A stretch of DNA of 64,000 nt from Patescibacteria group bacterium (GTDB taxonomy: Bacteria; Patescibacteriota; Patescibacteriia; UBA10025; JAHIVO01): NCBI GenBank assembly GCA_049325535.1, contig JBMOKY010000001.1, positions 749,942-813,941 on the forward strand. Direction: 5' to 3'. Each line of letters starts with the position of its first letter. Within the stretch, counting starts at the first letter, position 1. Positions 39,892 to 50,198 of this stretch are shown here, in pieces. The position numbers were made by a program, and so were the translations under genes. A model generated the notes under the pieces. The model saw only the letters and a list, made by a program, of their open reading frames with translations, ran no database searches and was not told the origin of the DNA.

Positions 39892-40578
39892 TTATTTTTT
39901 TCCTGCCACCGCCACCACGAATTCACCTTTTACCATATCCGCCTGGACTTTGTGTAAGACTTCACCGGCTGAACCGTGATAGATGGTTTCAAACTGTTTG
40001 GTCAGTTCCCGACCAACTACTACCAGCCTGTCTGGCGCGAGTACTTGTACGAGCGATTCCAGGGCTTTCAGTATGCGATGGGTGGATTCGTAAAAAATTA
40101 CCGTCCGTTCCGATTCGGCAATCTCCCGAAATAACGTCTGCCTCCCTTTTTTATGGGGCATAAAACCGAGGAATACAAATTTATCCATGGGCACCCCAGC
40201 TACGGATATCAGAGCGGTGAGCGCGGCAACGCCGGGAATCGGCACGATACGCACCTGATCGCCGAGGGTCGCTCGCACCTGATGGATCAAAACCCCGCCC
40301 GGGTCTGACAATCCAGGCGTGCCCGCATCCGAAACCAGCGCCAAGCATTTGCCTCGGCGCAATTGCTCAATGATCTCGTCGACTTTTTGTATGGTCGAGT
40401 GCTGGTGGTAACTCTGGAGCGGCCGCTGAATATCATACTGATGCAGGAGGTGCGCGGTATGACGGGTGTCCTCACAGAGGATCATATCCGCCTCCTTGAG
40501 TACGCGCAATGCCCGGAGAGTAATGTCCTCAAGGTTACCGATGGGGGTAGCGACGATGAAGAGACGACCGGTGGCCAT
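39892..40578 (-). CDS. rsmI: 16S rRNA C1402 2'-O-methyltransferase
   Basis: ATPIGNLEDITLRA, CEDTR, SDAGTPGLSDPG, RELTKQFE. Confidence 0.97.
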   Translation of the reverse strand: MATGRLFIVATPIGNLEDITLRALRVLKEADMILCEDTRHTAHLLHQYDIQRPLQSYHQHSTIQKVDEIIEQLRRGKCLALVSDAGTPGLSDPGGVLIHQVRATLGDQVRIVPIPGVAALTALISVAGVPMDKFVFLGFMPHKKGRQTLFREIAESERTVIFYESTHRILKALESLVQVLAPDRLVVVGRELTKQFETIYHGSAGEVLHKVQADMVKGEFVVAVAGKK

Positions 40579-40661
40579 AGGGTTTATTGACGGATCATAT
40601 TCCTCCTGATAAGCTCCTCAAATAATAGCACATTACGTACTTAAAATACATGGAGGAAAAC

Positions 40662-40952
40662 ATGTATACCGATGCATTTTCCTACGGGTACTGTAGTACG
40701 CGCACTCGGGATTGGTGGGGTGTCAATTCGTGGCACACCATCCAGCGCTGCCCGCCGATTCAGTCAGCAAAACCCTCACACGGCGGGGTGCGCCGCCGGG
40801 ACGACGAATCGTTCGAGGCGATGCTGCATCGTTTCAATCAGTTCATGAAAAAATCGGGAACCAAAACCGACGTCCGCCGTACCACCGAACGGTACCTCAA
40901 ACCATCGCTCAAGCGGTACCGCCGCCGGAGTAAACGGAGAAATCTCCGATAG
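40662..40952 (+). CDS. bS21-like ribosomal protein with ~40-aa N-terminal extension
   Basis: VRRRDDESFEAMLHRF...KSG...DVRR...YLKPSLKR matches the bS21 pattern; SD GGAGG; TTGACG-17-TAAGCT; terminator downstream. Confidence 0.75.
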   Translation: MYTDAFSYGYCSTRTRDWWGVNSWHTIQRCPPIQSAKPSHGGVRRRDDESFEAMLHRFNQFMKKSGTKTDVRRTTERYLKPSLKRYRRRSKRRNLR

Positions 40953-41008
40953 CATTCGTCAGCAACTTATCCAGCTGCAGCAGGATCTCCCGTCCCGCTG
41001 CAGTTTTT

Positions 41009-42070
41009 TTAGGATTCGAGGGTGGCTTCCCGCTCTTCCTTCGAGGTCATAAAATCCTCGGCAAATGATTTGACAATCAGTCCAAACGGCACCGCTAGCA
41101 GCAAACCGACGATACCGGCCAGTTTGGCGCCGATCAACATCAGTATGATGACCACCAGCGGATTCATCCCGACAGCCTTTTGCATTACTTTCGGCACGAT
41201 CAGATGATTCTCCAGCTGTTGCACGATGATATAGAGAACCACGACCGCCAACGCCTGCACGAAATTACCTGTGGTCAGTGCGATAAATACCGCAGGGATA
41301 GCTCCAAGCAGTGGTCCTAGGTACGGTATGAATTCGGTCAGCGCCGCCCAGAGTGCCAGCACCAGGGCGTACTCCACGCCGAGCGACGTCAAACCAATAT
41401 AGGTCAATACACCGATGATCACGCTCAAGATCAGCTGTCCTTTCAGCCACATGCGCAGACGGTCCTGCGACCGATTGACCAGCTGGAACACATAGGGCTG
41501 ATACTTGACCGGCGTCACCGATCGAATAAATGCCTTCAGCGCCGAATCCTCCAGCAGCATGTAAAAAGTGATCACAACCACACCGATGAATGCGAAAAAC
41601 CCTCCGAATACGGTACCAACCGCATTGAAGATGCCGCTCGAGGTCTTACCCAGATTGGATTCGATGGATTGGATGATATTATCCAGATTGCCAAGTACCT
41701 TTTGCTGGAGTGAAAAATCCTGGAACTGTTGGAAATTTGAAATGACATTATTATAATACTCCGGGAAATGCTGAGCGATATCGGTTATCTGCGTAGCTAT
41801 CGGCGGCACCAGCAGCATCAAAACGATGGTAAATGAACCAAAAAACAAGACATAAATAAATAGGGTTGCCACGATGCGCGGGATACCGCGACGACGGAGG
41901 CTGTTGACCCAGGGATTGAGAGCGCTGGCAAGAATCGCAGAGACGACGATGATCATCAAAACATCACGGAGCAAATACAAAATCGCCAAAATACCTACGA
42001 TGAGGAATACCTTGAAAATCGTAGTAGTCGAAATGTTGATCGTTAGGTTTTTTCCCTGATGTTCTGCCAT
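41009..42070 (-). CDS. AI-2E family transporter
   Basis: WLKGQL, FIPYLGP, QQLENHLIVPKVM. Confidence 0.93.
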   Translation of the reverse strand: MAEHQGKNLTINISTTTIFKVFLIVGILAILYLLRDVLMIIVVSAILASALNPWVNSLRRRGIPRIVATLFIYVLFFGSFTIVLMLLVPPIATQITDIAQHFPEYYNNVISNFQQFQDFSLQQKVLGNLDNIIQSIESNLGKTSSGIFNAVGTVFGGFFAFIGVVVITFYMLLEDSALKAFIRSVTPVKYQPYVFQLVNRSQDRLRMWLKGQLILSVIIGVLTYIGLTSLGVEYALVLALWAALTEFIPYLGPLLGAIPAVFIALTTGNFVQALAVVVLYIIVQQLENHLIVPKVMQKAVGMNPLVVIILMLIGAKLAGIVGLLLAVPFGLIVKSFAEDFMTSKEEREATLES

Positions 42071-42097
42071 ACTCAGTTAGCTGACAGAATGAGTATA

Positions 42098-43363
42098 CTA
42101 CAATCGAAGTAAACGGGAAAATGCCTCGGCTGCCCCGACCGGCCCGATCAGGGCCAGATTCAGCCGTCGCGGACGGAACAGATCCTTTGCGACGCGAATC
42201 AAATCAGTCGTATTTACCCGCTCTAATAGGCGTATCTGTTCAGCCGGAGTTTTTATCTTCCCATCGAAGAGCAGCTGCCGGCCCAGCCAGGCGGCTACCT
42301 GATCAGACGCTTCCAAATCCAGAATCAGTTTTCCCTTGAGAAATTCACGCGCCTTTTTCAGTTCTGCGGATGTCACCCCGTGCTGCCGGACTTTTTTCAG
42401 TTCGGCCAGAATGGCACTGATGGCCTCGTTGATCCGCCGTTTATCCAGACCGGCCTGGACCATAAATGCACCGGTATCCTGATACGGATTGACGCTGGTG
42501 CGTATAAAATAGCACAACCCTTTCTTTTCACGTATTGACATGAATAATCGGGAACTCATATTGCCTCCGAGAACGACGTTCAGCAGATAGAGCGGATACA
42601 GGCGTTTGTCGCCGTGCGGGTAAGCAGGGAATCCGAGTCCAAGCTGAACTTGCTCGGTCTCCTTTTGTTTGGTTACCACATGCGGCTCGTCCTGGACACC
42701 GCCGATTTTACGAAATGGAAATGACACGGTACGCGCCCGTTTCGGAGCAAATAATTCCGCTACCCGATCGACAATAGCATCCTGAACGTTGCCGGCGATG
42801 GTGACAATCATATTTGCGGGAACATAATACGTATGGTAGTAGTCGAGCAACTGCTGCCGGGTTACTTTTTGGATGACTGATTTGGGGCCGGCGATGTTCC
42901 AGCCCAGCGGATGGTCTCCCCACATCGCTTGCTCGAAGACGTCTTCCATCATCATCATCGGATTATCCTCGTACATATTGATCTCCTCGATGATGACGCC
43001 ACGCTCTCGCTCTATCTCTTTCTGATTAAATATCGAGTGCTGCAGCATATCCGCCAGCATATCCAGTAGCAGATCAACTGTATCCACGTGCGCTTTGATA
43101 TAGTAGCCCGTCACATCTTTCGACGTAAACGCGTTATACTCCGCGCCGATGCCATCGAGCTCTTTGGTAATCATCAGCGCCGTCGGCCGTTTGGTGGTGC
43201 CCTTGAACATGAGGTGCTCCACGAAATGCGAGACGCCATTGATCTGCCGGGTTTCGTACCGTGAGCCGACTTTGACCATGATCAATACCGTCACTGCCTT
43301 CGTATCACGAAGCGGAGAGACAATAACACGCATCCCATTGTTGAGTGTGTGGGTGGTAAACAT
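42098..43363 (-). CDS. M16 (pitrilysin) family peptidase
   Basis: HFVEH, NAFTS, GGNMSSRLF. Confidence 0.95.
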   Translation of the reverse strand: MFTTHTLNNGMRVIVSPLRDTKAVTVLIMVKVGSRYETRQINGVSHFVEHLMFKGTTKRPTALMITKELDGIGAEYNAFTSKDVTGYYIKAHVDTVDLLLDMLADMLQHSIFNQKEIERERGVIIEEINMYEDNPMMMMEDVFEQAMWGDHPLGWNIAGPKSVIQKVTRQQLLDYYHTYYVPANMIVTIAGNVQDAIVDRVAELFAPKRARTVSFPFRKIGGVQDEPHVVTKQKETEQVQLGLGFPAYPHGDKRLYPLYLLNVVLGGNMSSRLFMSIREKKGLCYFIRTSVNPYQDTGAFMVQAGLDKRRINEAISAILAELKKVRQHGVTSAELKKAREFLKGKLILDLEASDQVAAWLGRQLLFDGKIKTPAEQIRLLERVNTTDLIRVAKDLFRPRRLNLALIGPVGAAEAFSRLLRL

Positions 43364-43368
43364 ATATG

Positions 43369-43806
43369 TTATAAATTGTGGATCATTTCATTTCCCCGCT
43401 TGGAAAAGCCGAGTTTTTCGTAAAATTTAACGTTTGTGTCGTGACAATCAAGCAGGACGCGGTAACAATCGGCCTGCTGCGCGGTTTTCATAGCCTTTTC
43501 CATCAGCGCCCGGCCGATGCCCTGCCCTTCATATCCGGGTCGTACCACCACATCCTCGACATGTGCCAAAAATCCGCAGTCATGGATGAATTTCGGCTCG
43601 ATGAGTACCGTGGTGGCACCAATTACTTCCCGTGTCTTTTTTTCCAGTGCCACAAAAATATAATGGTTCTTATTCTTCCTGATACGCTTAAATTGTTTCC
43701 GGCCTTTATCTACATTGTTGACCGTCGATGACGACAAATGCGCCAAGGTGGAAAACAACCCCGGGGTAATATATTTCTTTTTCAGCTCGACAATAGTGTA
43801 TTTCAT
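43369..43806 (-). CDS. GNAT acetyltransferase, GNA1 (glucosamine-6-phosphate N-acetyltransferase)-like
   Basis: IEPKFIH...HVEDVVV...GQGIG...CYRVLLDC...FYEKLGF. Confidence 0.85.
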   Translation of the reverse strand: MKYTIVELKKKYITPGLFSTLAHLSSSTVNNVDKGRKQFKRIRKNKNHYIFVALEKKTREVIGATTVLIEPKFIHDCGFLAHVEDVVVRPGYEGQGIGRALMEKAMKTAQQADCYRVLLDCHDTNVKFYEKLGFSKRGNEMIHNL

Positions 43807-43807
43807 G

Positions 43808-44695
43808 CTACTTTCCAGTTGACTGAGTCGATACAACCGCATCAAATTGCATCATGATGACCGTTTCATATACTCCCTGTTGTTGCCTCGTCTGCCTGCC
43901 CAATTCCCGTCCGCCACGAAGCATGCCAGAGCTTTTTGTCGACACGCCATTTTCCATAATCGTAACCGTCTTGAAAATATCAGTAGCTACTCCGGCCGCA
44001 ACCATATCCGCTTTATCTACCGACATCTGCATATCTCGGCTTTGGGCTGAGGCTATCGCGATGACTTTTCCATCGCGCTGAAAAGCTTTGCCGACGTTCT
44101 GCCACATCCAATCATAATTCATTTCAGCGCTATCAGGTAATTGAGGAAGGTCGATTTCAAGCGTTGCCCGCGGACCAGCTTCAGCTTTTTTTTCCGGCTG
44201 AGCTTCTTTTTGAACGCTCCCATCCGTCTCCACATCGTGCTGACCCAATAGTGACTTATAAAACACCTGATACAAACCGTCGAGTTGTGCCTCAAAATCG
44301 GCAGTCGTGCCGCCTTGCGCGACAACAGCTTCTGCCATTTCCGATCCTTTTTTCTGAAATAGATCAACTACTCCGGTCGGTAGATTCTCCTGCGTCGCTG
44401 AAAAATAGGTCGAATCCAACTGCATTACCTTTTCATTCGCCATATTCCACATTCCCCGTAATTGGCGCTCCTGGCCCTCTGTCCACTGGCGCTCTTTTTG
44501 TTCGGTTTGTGGCTGAGCCCCTGCCTCAGCGCGAGCGTCAGTCGCCGCTCCCGCGCCCAGCATTGTTCCGCCAACGAGTACCCCCACTTTCAGCGCATAT
44601 TTAATTTGGTCGATTACACCCCGCTTCTTTTTCTGGTCACGCGCCTCATCGGTTTGCATCTCCTCCTGATTTGGAGCATAGCCTGATTCGCGCAT
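43808..44695 (-). CDS. Hypothetical exported or membrane-anchored protein
   Basis: Charged N-terminus, one hydrophobic segment; co-directional with its neighbours. Confidence 0.75.
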   Translation of the reverse strand: MRESGYAPNQEEMQTDEARDQKKKRGVIDQIKYALKVGVLVGGTMLGAGAATDARAEAGAQPQTEQKERQWTEGQERQLRGMWNMANEKVMQLDSTYFSATQENLPTGVVDLFQKKGSEMAEAVVAQGGTTADFEAQLDGLYQVFYKSLLGQHDVETDGSVQKEAQPEKKAEAGPRATLEIDLPQLPDSAEMNYDWMWQNVGKAFQRDGKVIAIASAQSRDMQMSVDKADMVAAGVATDIFKTVTIMENGVSTKSSGMLRGGRELGRQTRQQQGVYETVIMMQFDAVVSTQSTGK

Positions 44696-44698
44696 ATT

Positions 44699-46027
44699 TT
44701 ATGCTAGTTTATCATTTAAATAGTGAACTAAATCGTCAATCGCCACCCGCTCCTGCGTCATCGTATCCCGATCCCGGACAGTCACTTGTTTGTCAGTCGT
44801 ACTGTCAAAATCATAGGTGACACAATAAGGCGTGCCGATTTCATCCTGACGACGATACCGGCGGCCGATGGAGGCAATGTCGTCGTATTGGATCGTCCAG
44901 TGCTGACGTAGTGTCTGGGCAATTTCTTTGGCTGGACCTGATACTTCATCTTTTTTGGATAACGGCAACACCGCGACTTTGATCGGTGCTAATTCTTTAT
45001 GCAGACGCAACACGACTTCCTGTTCTTTGTTGCTCTCCGTGGTGGTACTGCGTCCACCGCTGATTTCGGTGTAGGCATCAATTAAGAATGCCAATGCCGC
45101 GCGATCCACGCCAGCTGACGGTTCGATGACGTACGGCACAAATGTTTCATTCGTTCCTTCATCACGATAAGATAAGCCGTGCGCCTTCAGGTCAAAATCC
45201 GTCCGATTGGCAATCCCCATCAGCTCTGACCAACCCTTATCGAAAGGGAAATTATATTCAATATCAGTAGTTGCTTTTGAATAGTGTGCCAGTTCTGATT
45301 TCGGCTGCTCAAAAAATCTCAGATTCTCTTTGCTGATGCCTAAATCAAGGAACCATTGCATGCTGGCATCGACCCAGGACTTGAACTCTTTTTCGTCTTC
45401 TTTAGGATTGATGAAATATTCGAGCTCCATTTGTTCGAACTCGCGCGAGCGGAAAATAAAATTACCCGGGGTAATTTCGTTGCGGAAGGCTTTGCCGATC
45501 TGCCCGATACCAAACGGTACTTTCAATCGCATTGATTGTCGCACTAAATCGAAATTCACAAAAATATTCTGCGCAGTCTCGGGTCGCAGGTACGCCACGC
45601 TAGCAGAATCCTCTGTGGGGCCGACGAATGTCTTGAACATGGTATTAAATTGTTTTGGTTCGGTTAGCCCCCCTCCACAATCCGGACATTTCTTGCTGTT
45701 GCCAGTGGACTGTAGTCCGTCGTCCAGTTTAAACCGATGATGACATTTTTTACATTCAACTAATGTATCGGCAAATCCACCGACGTGGCCGCTCCTCTGC
45801 CAGACGATCGGATTGGTGACGATGGCCGCATCCTGCCCGACTACATCTGCCCGCCCCTGCACAAACCGCTTCCACCATGACTTCTTGATGTTGTTTTTCA
45901 GTTCCACACCCAAGGGACCAAAATCCCAAAACCCCTGCAGGCCGCCGTACATTTCCCCGGACTGAAATATGAAACCTCGGCGTTTCGCCAGCGATATGAC
46001 TTTTTCCATGAGTGATACTTCTGCCAT
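44699..46027 (-). CDS. glyQS: Glycine--tRNA ligase, alpha2 type
   Basis: LRPETAQ, GKAFRNEITP, FRSREFEQME, IGRRYRRQDEIGTP. Confidence 0.97.
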   Translation of the reverse strand: MAEVSLMEKVISLAKRRGFIFQSGEMYGGLQGFWDFGPLGVELKNNIKKSWWKRFVQGRADVVGQDAAIVTNPIVWQRSGHVGGFADTLVECKKCHHRFKLDDGLQSTGNSKKCPDCGGGLTEPKQFNTMFKTFVGPTEDSASVAYLRPETAQNIFVNFDLVRQSMRLKVPFGIGQIGKAFRNEITPGNFIFRSREFEQMELEYFINPKEDEKEFKSWVDASMQWFLDLGISKENLRFFEQPKSELAHYSKATTDIEYNFPFDKGWSELMGIANRTDFDLKAHGLSYRDEGTNETFVPYVIEPSAGVDRAALAFLIDAYTEISGGRSTTTESNKEQEVVLRLHKELAPIKVAVLPLSKKDEVSGPAKEIAQTLRQHWTIQYDDIASIGRRYRRQDEIGTPYCVTYDFDSTTDKQVTVRDRDTMTQERVAIDDLVHYLNDKLA

Positions 46028-46114
46028 AATTGACCTCTAGTATAGCGTTTCCGGGGCTTTTTGGCAATGCGATTCTCGTTGACACTATCATAAAAACCGA
46101 GCTATACTATCCAC

Positions 46115-46492
46115 ATGAAACGTATCGCATTCATTTCATTGGGAACGCTGACACTGCTCGCCACCACGGTGGAAACCGCGCTCGCGCAGACATTTTATGG
46201 CGTGCAGTTTGACCCAGAAGGGAAAATCAAAAAGGCTACCAACCTTCCTGACGAAAGTCCAACCAATATCACGGTCAACGTGATCAAATGGGTGCTGGGA
46301 TTCCTCGGGCTGGTGGCCGTCATCATGATCATCTGGGGCGGCGTCACCTGGATGACGTCAGCTGGCAATGAAGAAAAGGTGCGCAAAGCAAAGGACATCC
46401 TCCGGGCGGCCATCATCGGACTGGTCGTTGTTTTGCTCTCCTGGGCTATGGTTACGTTCGTCTTCACCCAGACCACCGAATTAGCGAGCTAA
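46115..46492 (+). CDS. TrbC/VirB2-like pilin family protein
   Basis: Signal ending ALA; two TM segments joined by GGVTWMTSAGNEEKVRKAK; TTGACA-18-TATACT ends 6 nt before the ATG. Confidence 0.82.
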   Translation: MKRIAFISLGTLTLLATTVETALAQTFYGVQFDPEGKIKKATNLPDESPTNITVNVIKWVLGFLGLVAVIMIIWGGVTWMTSAGNEEKVRKAKDILRAAIIGLVVVLLSWAMVTFVFTQTTELAS

Positions 46493-46571
46493 GCAAGCTG
46501 CGCACTGCATATCAAAACATCCCCAGCCAATACTGCGGACGGTGTTTGTCGTGGTGCCCGGAAATAGATCG

Positions 46572-47048
46572 TCAGTTTTTTGTTTCAACCAAAACACGCG
46601 TCATCACATCTCCGACCATGATGTGCCGCACCACATCCATTCCTTCTGTCACTATTCCGAAAATGGTATACGCCTTCGGCAGGCTGTCATTATCTTCCAG
46701 CATGATGAAAAACTGCGAGCCATTCGTATCCGGGCCGGCATTGGCCATGGCGACGATGCCCGCATCATACGCCCGCCGTACCGGCTCATCAGCGAATTGA
46801 TAGCCCGGTCCACCAGCGCCCGTACCCGTCGGATCCCCACCCTGAATGACAAACCCCGGCACCACCCGATGAAAAGTAAGACCGTCATAGTACCCGGCTT
46901 CGGCCAAATACACAAAATTGCTCACCGTCTCTGGCGCCTCATCGGAAAACAGCTCAAATACAATAGTGCCTTTATTAGTCTGCAAGCGAATCTGTTTATT
47001 TTTTATTTTTTCATCAGGCAATACACCCGGATGACGATAGGTAGTCAT
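46572..47048 (-). CDS. Cyclophilin-type peptidyl-prolyl isomerase
   Basis: FHRVVPGFVIQGGDP, MANAGPDTNGSQFF. Confidence 0.96.
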   Translation of the reverse strand: MTTYRHPGVLPDEKIKNKQIRLQTNKGTIVFELFSDEAPETVSNFVYLAEAGYYDGLTFHRVVPGFVIQGGDPTGTGAGGPGYQFADEPVRRAYDAGIVAMANAGPDTNGSQFFIMLEDNDSLPKAYTIFGIVTEGMDVVRHIMVGDVMTRVLVETKN

Positions 47049-47066
47049 GGTAATACTGTTACATAA

Positions 47067-49802
47067 TTATATAGCTTCGGCTCGACGCACAGAAATCTGT
47101 CCGCCCGGCTCAAGTATGGCTACATCACGGCGGCCGATTTTACCCTGCAGTAAATAGGTGGCCAGCGCATTATCCACCGTATCCTGGATGGCCCGCCTGA
47201 GCGGCCGGGCGCCAAACACCGGATCAAAACCGGTCCGGGCCAACTCCTCTTTGGCTGCTTGACTAGCCTCGATCCTGATGCCTTTTGGTTCCAGGCGTTT
47301 GGCCACCTGCCGGAGCATCAGGTCCACGATCTGGACGATCTCCGGGAAACCGAGCGGTTTAAACACCACAATATTATCAAACCGGTTCAGAAATTCCGGA
47401 CGGAAATAGGGCTTTAATTCTTTATTGATCAGCTCGTCTTTGATGGCGTCCACTCCCGCTCCCTCGCGAATCCGATCCTGGATGACTTGCGATCCGGCAT
47501 TTGAGGTAGCGATGATAATCGTATTGGTAAAATCGATCGTCCGTCCCAGCGTATCGGTCAACCGTCCATCATCCATCACCTGCAAAAATATATTGAGTAT
47601 ATCCGGATGCGCCTTCTCGATTTCATCGAGCAGCACCAGTGAAAAAGGCTGGCTGCGCACGGCTTCGGTCAGATATCCCCCCTGGGTGCTGCTGCTCATG
47701 CCCGGCGGCGCGCCGATCAGCCGATTGATCGACATCTGTTCCTGATATTCGGACATGTCCAGACGGATCATATTTTGCTCTGCCCCAAAATAAATATCCG
47801 CGACCGTCTTGGCTAGTTCGGTTTTACCCACGCCGGTCGGACCGAGGAACAGCAGATTGACGATGGGACGGTTCATGTCCCGCAATTCAGCCCGCGCCCG
47901 CCGGAGCGCGGTGGCCACGGCCGATACCGCCTCCTCCTGATCCACCATCCGTTCGTGAATCAGCGACTCCATGTTCAGCAACCGTTCCGTCTCCTTCTGG
48001 GAAATCTTGGTTACCGGCACGTTGGTTTTATTGGACACGATTTCAGCCACGTCCTCAGCGGACACAATGGCGTTTTTTCCTTTTTTCTTGCGCACGTACA
48101 CGGCGATTTCCTCAAGCAATGAAATCGCCTTTTCCGGCAAATACCGATCGTGTATGTAGCGCTCTGATAATTGTACCGTCCGGCTGATCGATTGGTAGGA
48201 AAAGAAAATTTCATTTTTCGCCTCGATGCTGGAAGCCTTCCCCTGCAATATCTGGATAGCGCCGTTTGTATCCGGTTCATTGATCGTCACTTTCTGAAAC
48301 ACGGAGGTCAGTGAACTGGACGACTCAATATGCTGACGATAATCCAACGGCGTCGTGGTGGCAATGGCATAAAACAAACGCTTGGACAGTGCGTTGGCCA
48401 GCATGTCAGATATATCCAAATTCTCCGCGCCCTGAGTAGATACGCCTACCATATTCTGGATATTATCGATGAACAAGACAATGTTTCCCGATCGAACAAT
48501 CTCGTTGATGATTTCCAGCAACAGCGCTTCCAATTCTCCCTGCCGCCCGGCGGCGCCCACCAGCGACGCTACGGACAAACTGACAAACCGACGGTCCTGG
48601 AGCACTCCCGGCACTTCTTCGGTGGCCATCAATTCTGCGATACCCTCGACCACGCTTGATTTGCCCACGCCGGGATTGCCGGACAGGATGACATTTTTAC
48701 CGCCCTCAATGATACGCAGCACCTCCTCGATTTCACGGTCACGGCCGATGGTCGGCGGCAGCATGCCACGGCGGGCGAGCTGCGTCAGGTCATTTGAAAA
48801 ACGATCCAGGAGCGGTGTGGCCTGCGCGGTCATGGATTTATTCATCACGCCTTTCGATTTATAGGCAGCTTTGGTTCGCTGTTTATGCCAGCGCTCCGAC
48901 AGCCGATGCTGGATATTGATCCACTCCACGACATTGATGATATCCTGTTGTTCTATCTCCAAATCGAAAAATATTTCCTTGGTCAGGTCGTCCACCTGAA
49001 TGAGCGCCGTGATGAGCTGGGCAACATCTACCCTCTCCCGACGGCCATAGTACGCCTCAGCATAAGCGCGCAGGAGTACAGCCATAAATCCCTGGGACAC
49101 GCCTACTCGCCCGTCGCTTGCCGGTACACGCTGCAGCATCCGGGTAATCCGCTCAACGAGTGCCTGGCCATTCACACCGAGTCGCCCGAGCACCACCTGC
49201 ATATCCACATGACGCAGCAACGACGCGAGTATATGGAGCGGGGCCACATAGGCATGGCCAAATCGCCGTGCCAATTGCCAGGCATCCTCCACCTGCCGCG
49301 CGGCCACCGGTGTGTAGGAACCGGATACGTCTACCCAGGTATTTCGCCCGGCCGCTTCCGCATGCTGGAGCAACGAGCCTGGTTCTTCCTCAGTCAATAG
49401 TGGGTCAAACGGCCGATCAGCCACAGATCGTTCTAAGAGTGACTCCCTGGTCATGCGGTAATACGCATATAGATCGGATAGGATGCTCAGAGCAAAGATG
49501 CCCATGAGCCCATTGCGCACCAGGAACGCATCCCATACCGCGCCACCCTCGTCCAGCGTGACATATACAGTGACCCCCAGCGCCGCCAAGCCCATGATGC
49601 CAAAAAAAACAAGAAAACCATTGATCAGGGCCCGTACCGTTCGTTCGATCGTTTCTTCGAATATGTGCAGTGTGTCTAATTTCTTCTTCCAGTGCAGGAC
49701 TGACCCCTCGAGCCAAGCGTATATCGGATATTCATCAACAAAAACCTGGGCACCAGGTTTACCCTCAAGGATGACAAAACTTTTTCCGCGTGGTTCGGGC
49801 AT
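47067..49802 (-). CDS. Membrane-anchored ClpA/B/C-family ATPase
   Basis: Two N-terminal TM segments, Clp-N repeats, two AAA+ modules (GNPGVGKS; GPTGVGKTE, DEIEKAHP, GARPLRR). Confidence 0.92.
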   Translation of the reverse strand: MPEPRGKSFVILEGKPGAQVFVDEYPIYAWLEGSVLHWKKKLDTLHIFEETIERTVRALINGFLVFFGIMGLAALGVTVYVTLDEGGAVWDAFLVRNGLMGIFALSILSDLYAYYRMTRESLLERSVADRPFDPLLTEEEPGSLLQHAEAAGRNTWVDVSGSYTPVAARQVEDAWQLARRFGHAYVAPLHILASLLRHVDMQVVLGRLGVNGQALVERITRMLQRVPASDGRVGVSQGFMAVLLRAYAEAYYGRRERVDVAQLITALIQVDDLTKEIFFDLEIEQQDIINVVEWINIQHRLSERWHKQRTKAAYKSKGVMNKSMTAQATPLLDRFSNDLTQLARRGMLPPTIGRDREIEEVLRIIEGGKNVILSGNPGVGKSSVVEGIAELMATEEVPGVLQDRRFVSLSVASLVGAAGRQGELEALLLEIINEIVRSGNIVLFIDNIQNMVGVSTQGAENLDISDMLANALSKRLFYAIATTTPLDYRQHIESSSSLTSVFQKVTINEPDTNGAIQILQGKASSIEAKNEIFFSYQSISRTVQLSERYIHDRYLPEKAISLLEEIAVYVRKKKGKNAIVSAEDVAEIVSNKTNVPVTKISQKETERLLNMESLIHERMVDQEEAVSAVATALRRARAELRDMNRPIVNLLFLGPTGVGKTELAKTVADIYFGAEQNMIRLDMSEYQEQMSINRLIGAPPGMSSSTQGGYLTEAVRSQPFSLVLLDEIEKAHPDILNIFLQVMDDGRLTDTLGRTIDFTNTIIIATSNAGSQVIQDRIREGAGVDAIKDELINKELKPYFRPEFLNRFDNIVVFKPLGFPEIVQIVDLMLRQVAKRLEPKGIRIEASQAAKEELARTGFDPVFGARPLRRAIQDTVDNALATYLLQGKIGRRDVAILEPGGQISVRRAEAI

Positions 49803-49805
49803 GGA

Positions 49806-50198
49806 TCAGGTCAGCCACATAAATGGCATATCGGTTATTTGGTAGACGATATAATAGATAACCACCAGTGGGAATACTATCCATAGAACGACCGCACAAA
49901 AAAGTACCACCAGCCAGAGTCCGGCTGCCAGCAATTTCCAGAATAAAATGATAATGCGAAAAACGATGCTTATGATCCGCCCTTCACGGGTCATATCACC
50001 GTACATCGGCTTAAACATGTTTTTCAGCCAGATGCCGAGTGCCACCCGCCGTTGCAGGTGAAATGTCGCGCTTTCTGATGCAAACCTGATCACGCGAAGC
50101 AACCCCTTCGAATACCACCAGATGGGGAAATAGAGGATATCCCAGAGGACGTCAACTAAAATGTATTTGATTGTAGCCAGTATGATATTTTGAGACAT
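49806..50198 (-). CDS. Small membrane protein upstream of the Clp ATPase
   Basis: YFPIWWY...MFKPMYGD...GRIIS; 3-nt gap to the Clp gene. Confidence 0.8.
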   Translation of the reverse strand: MSQNIILATIKYILVDVLWDILYFPIWWYSKGLLRVIRFASESATFHLQRRVALGIWLKNMFKPMYGDMTREGRIISIVFRIIILFWKLLAAGLWLVVLFCAVVLWIVFPLVVIYYIVYQITDMPFMWLT

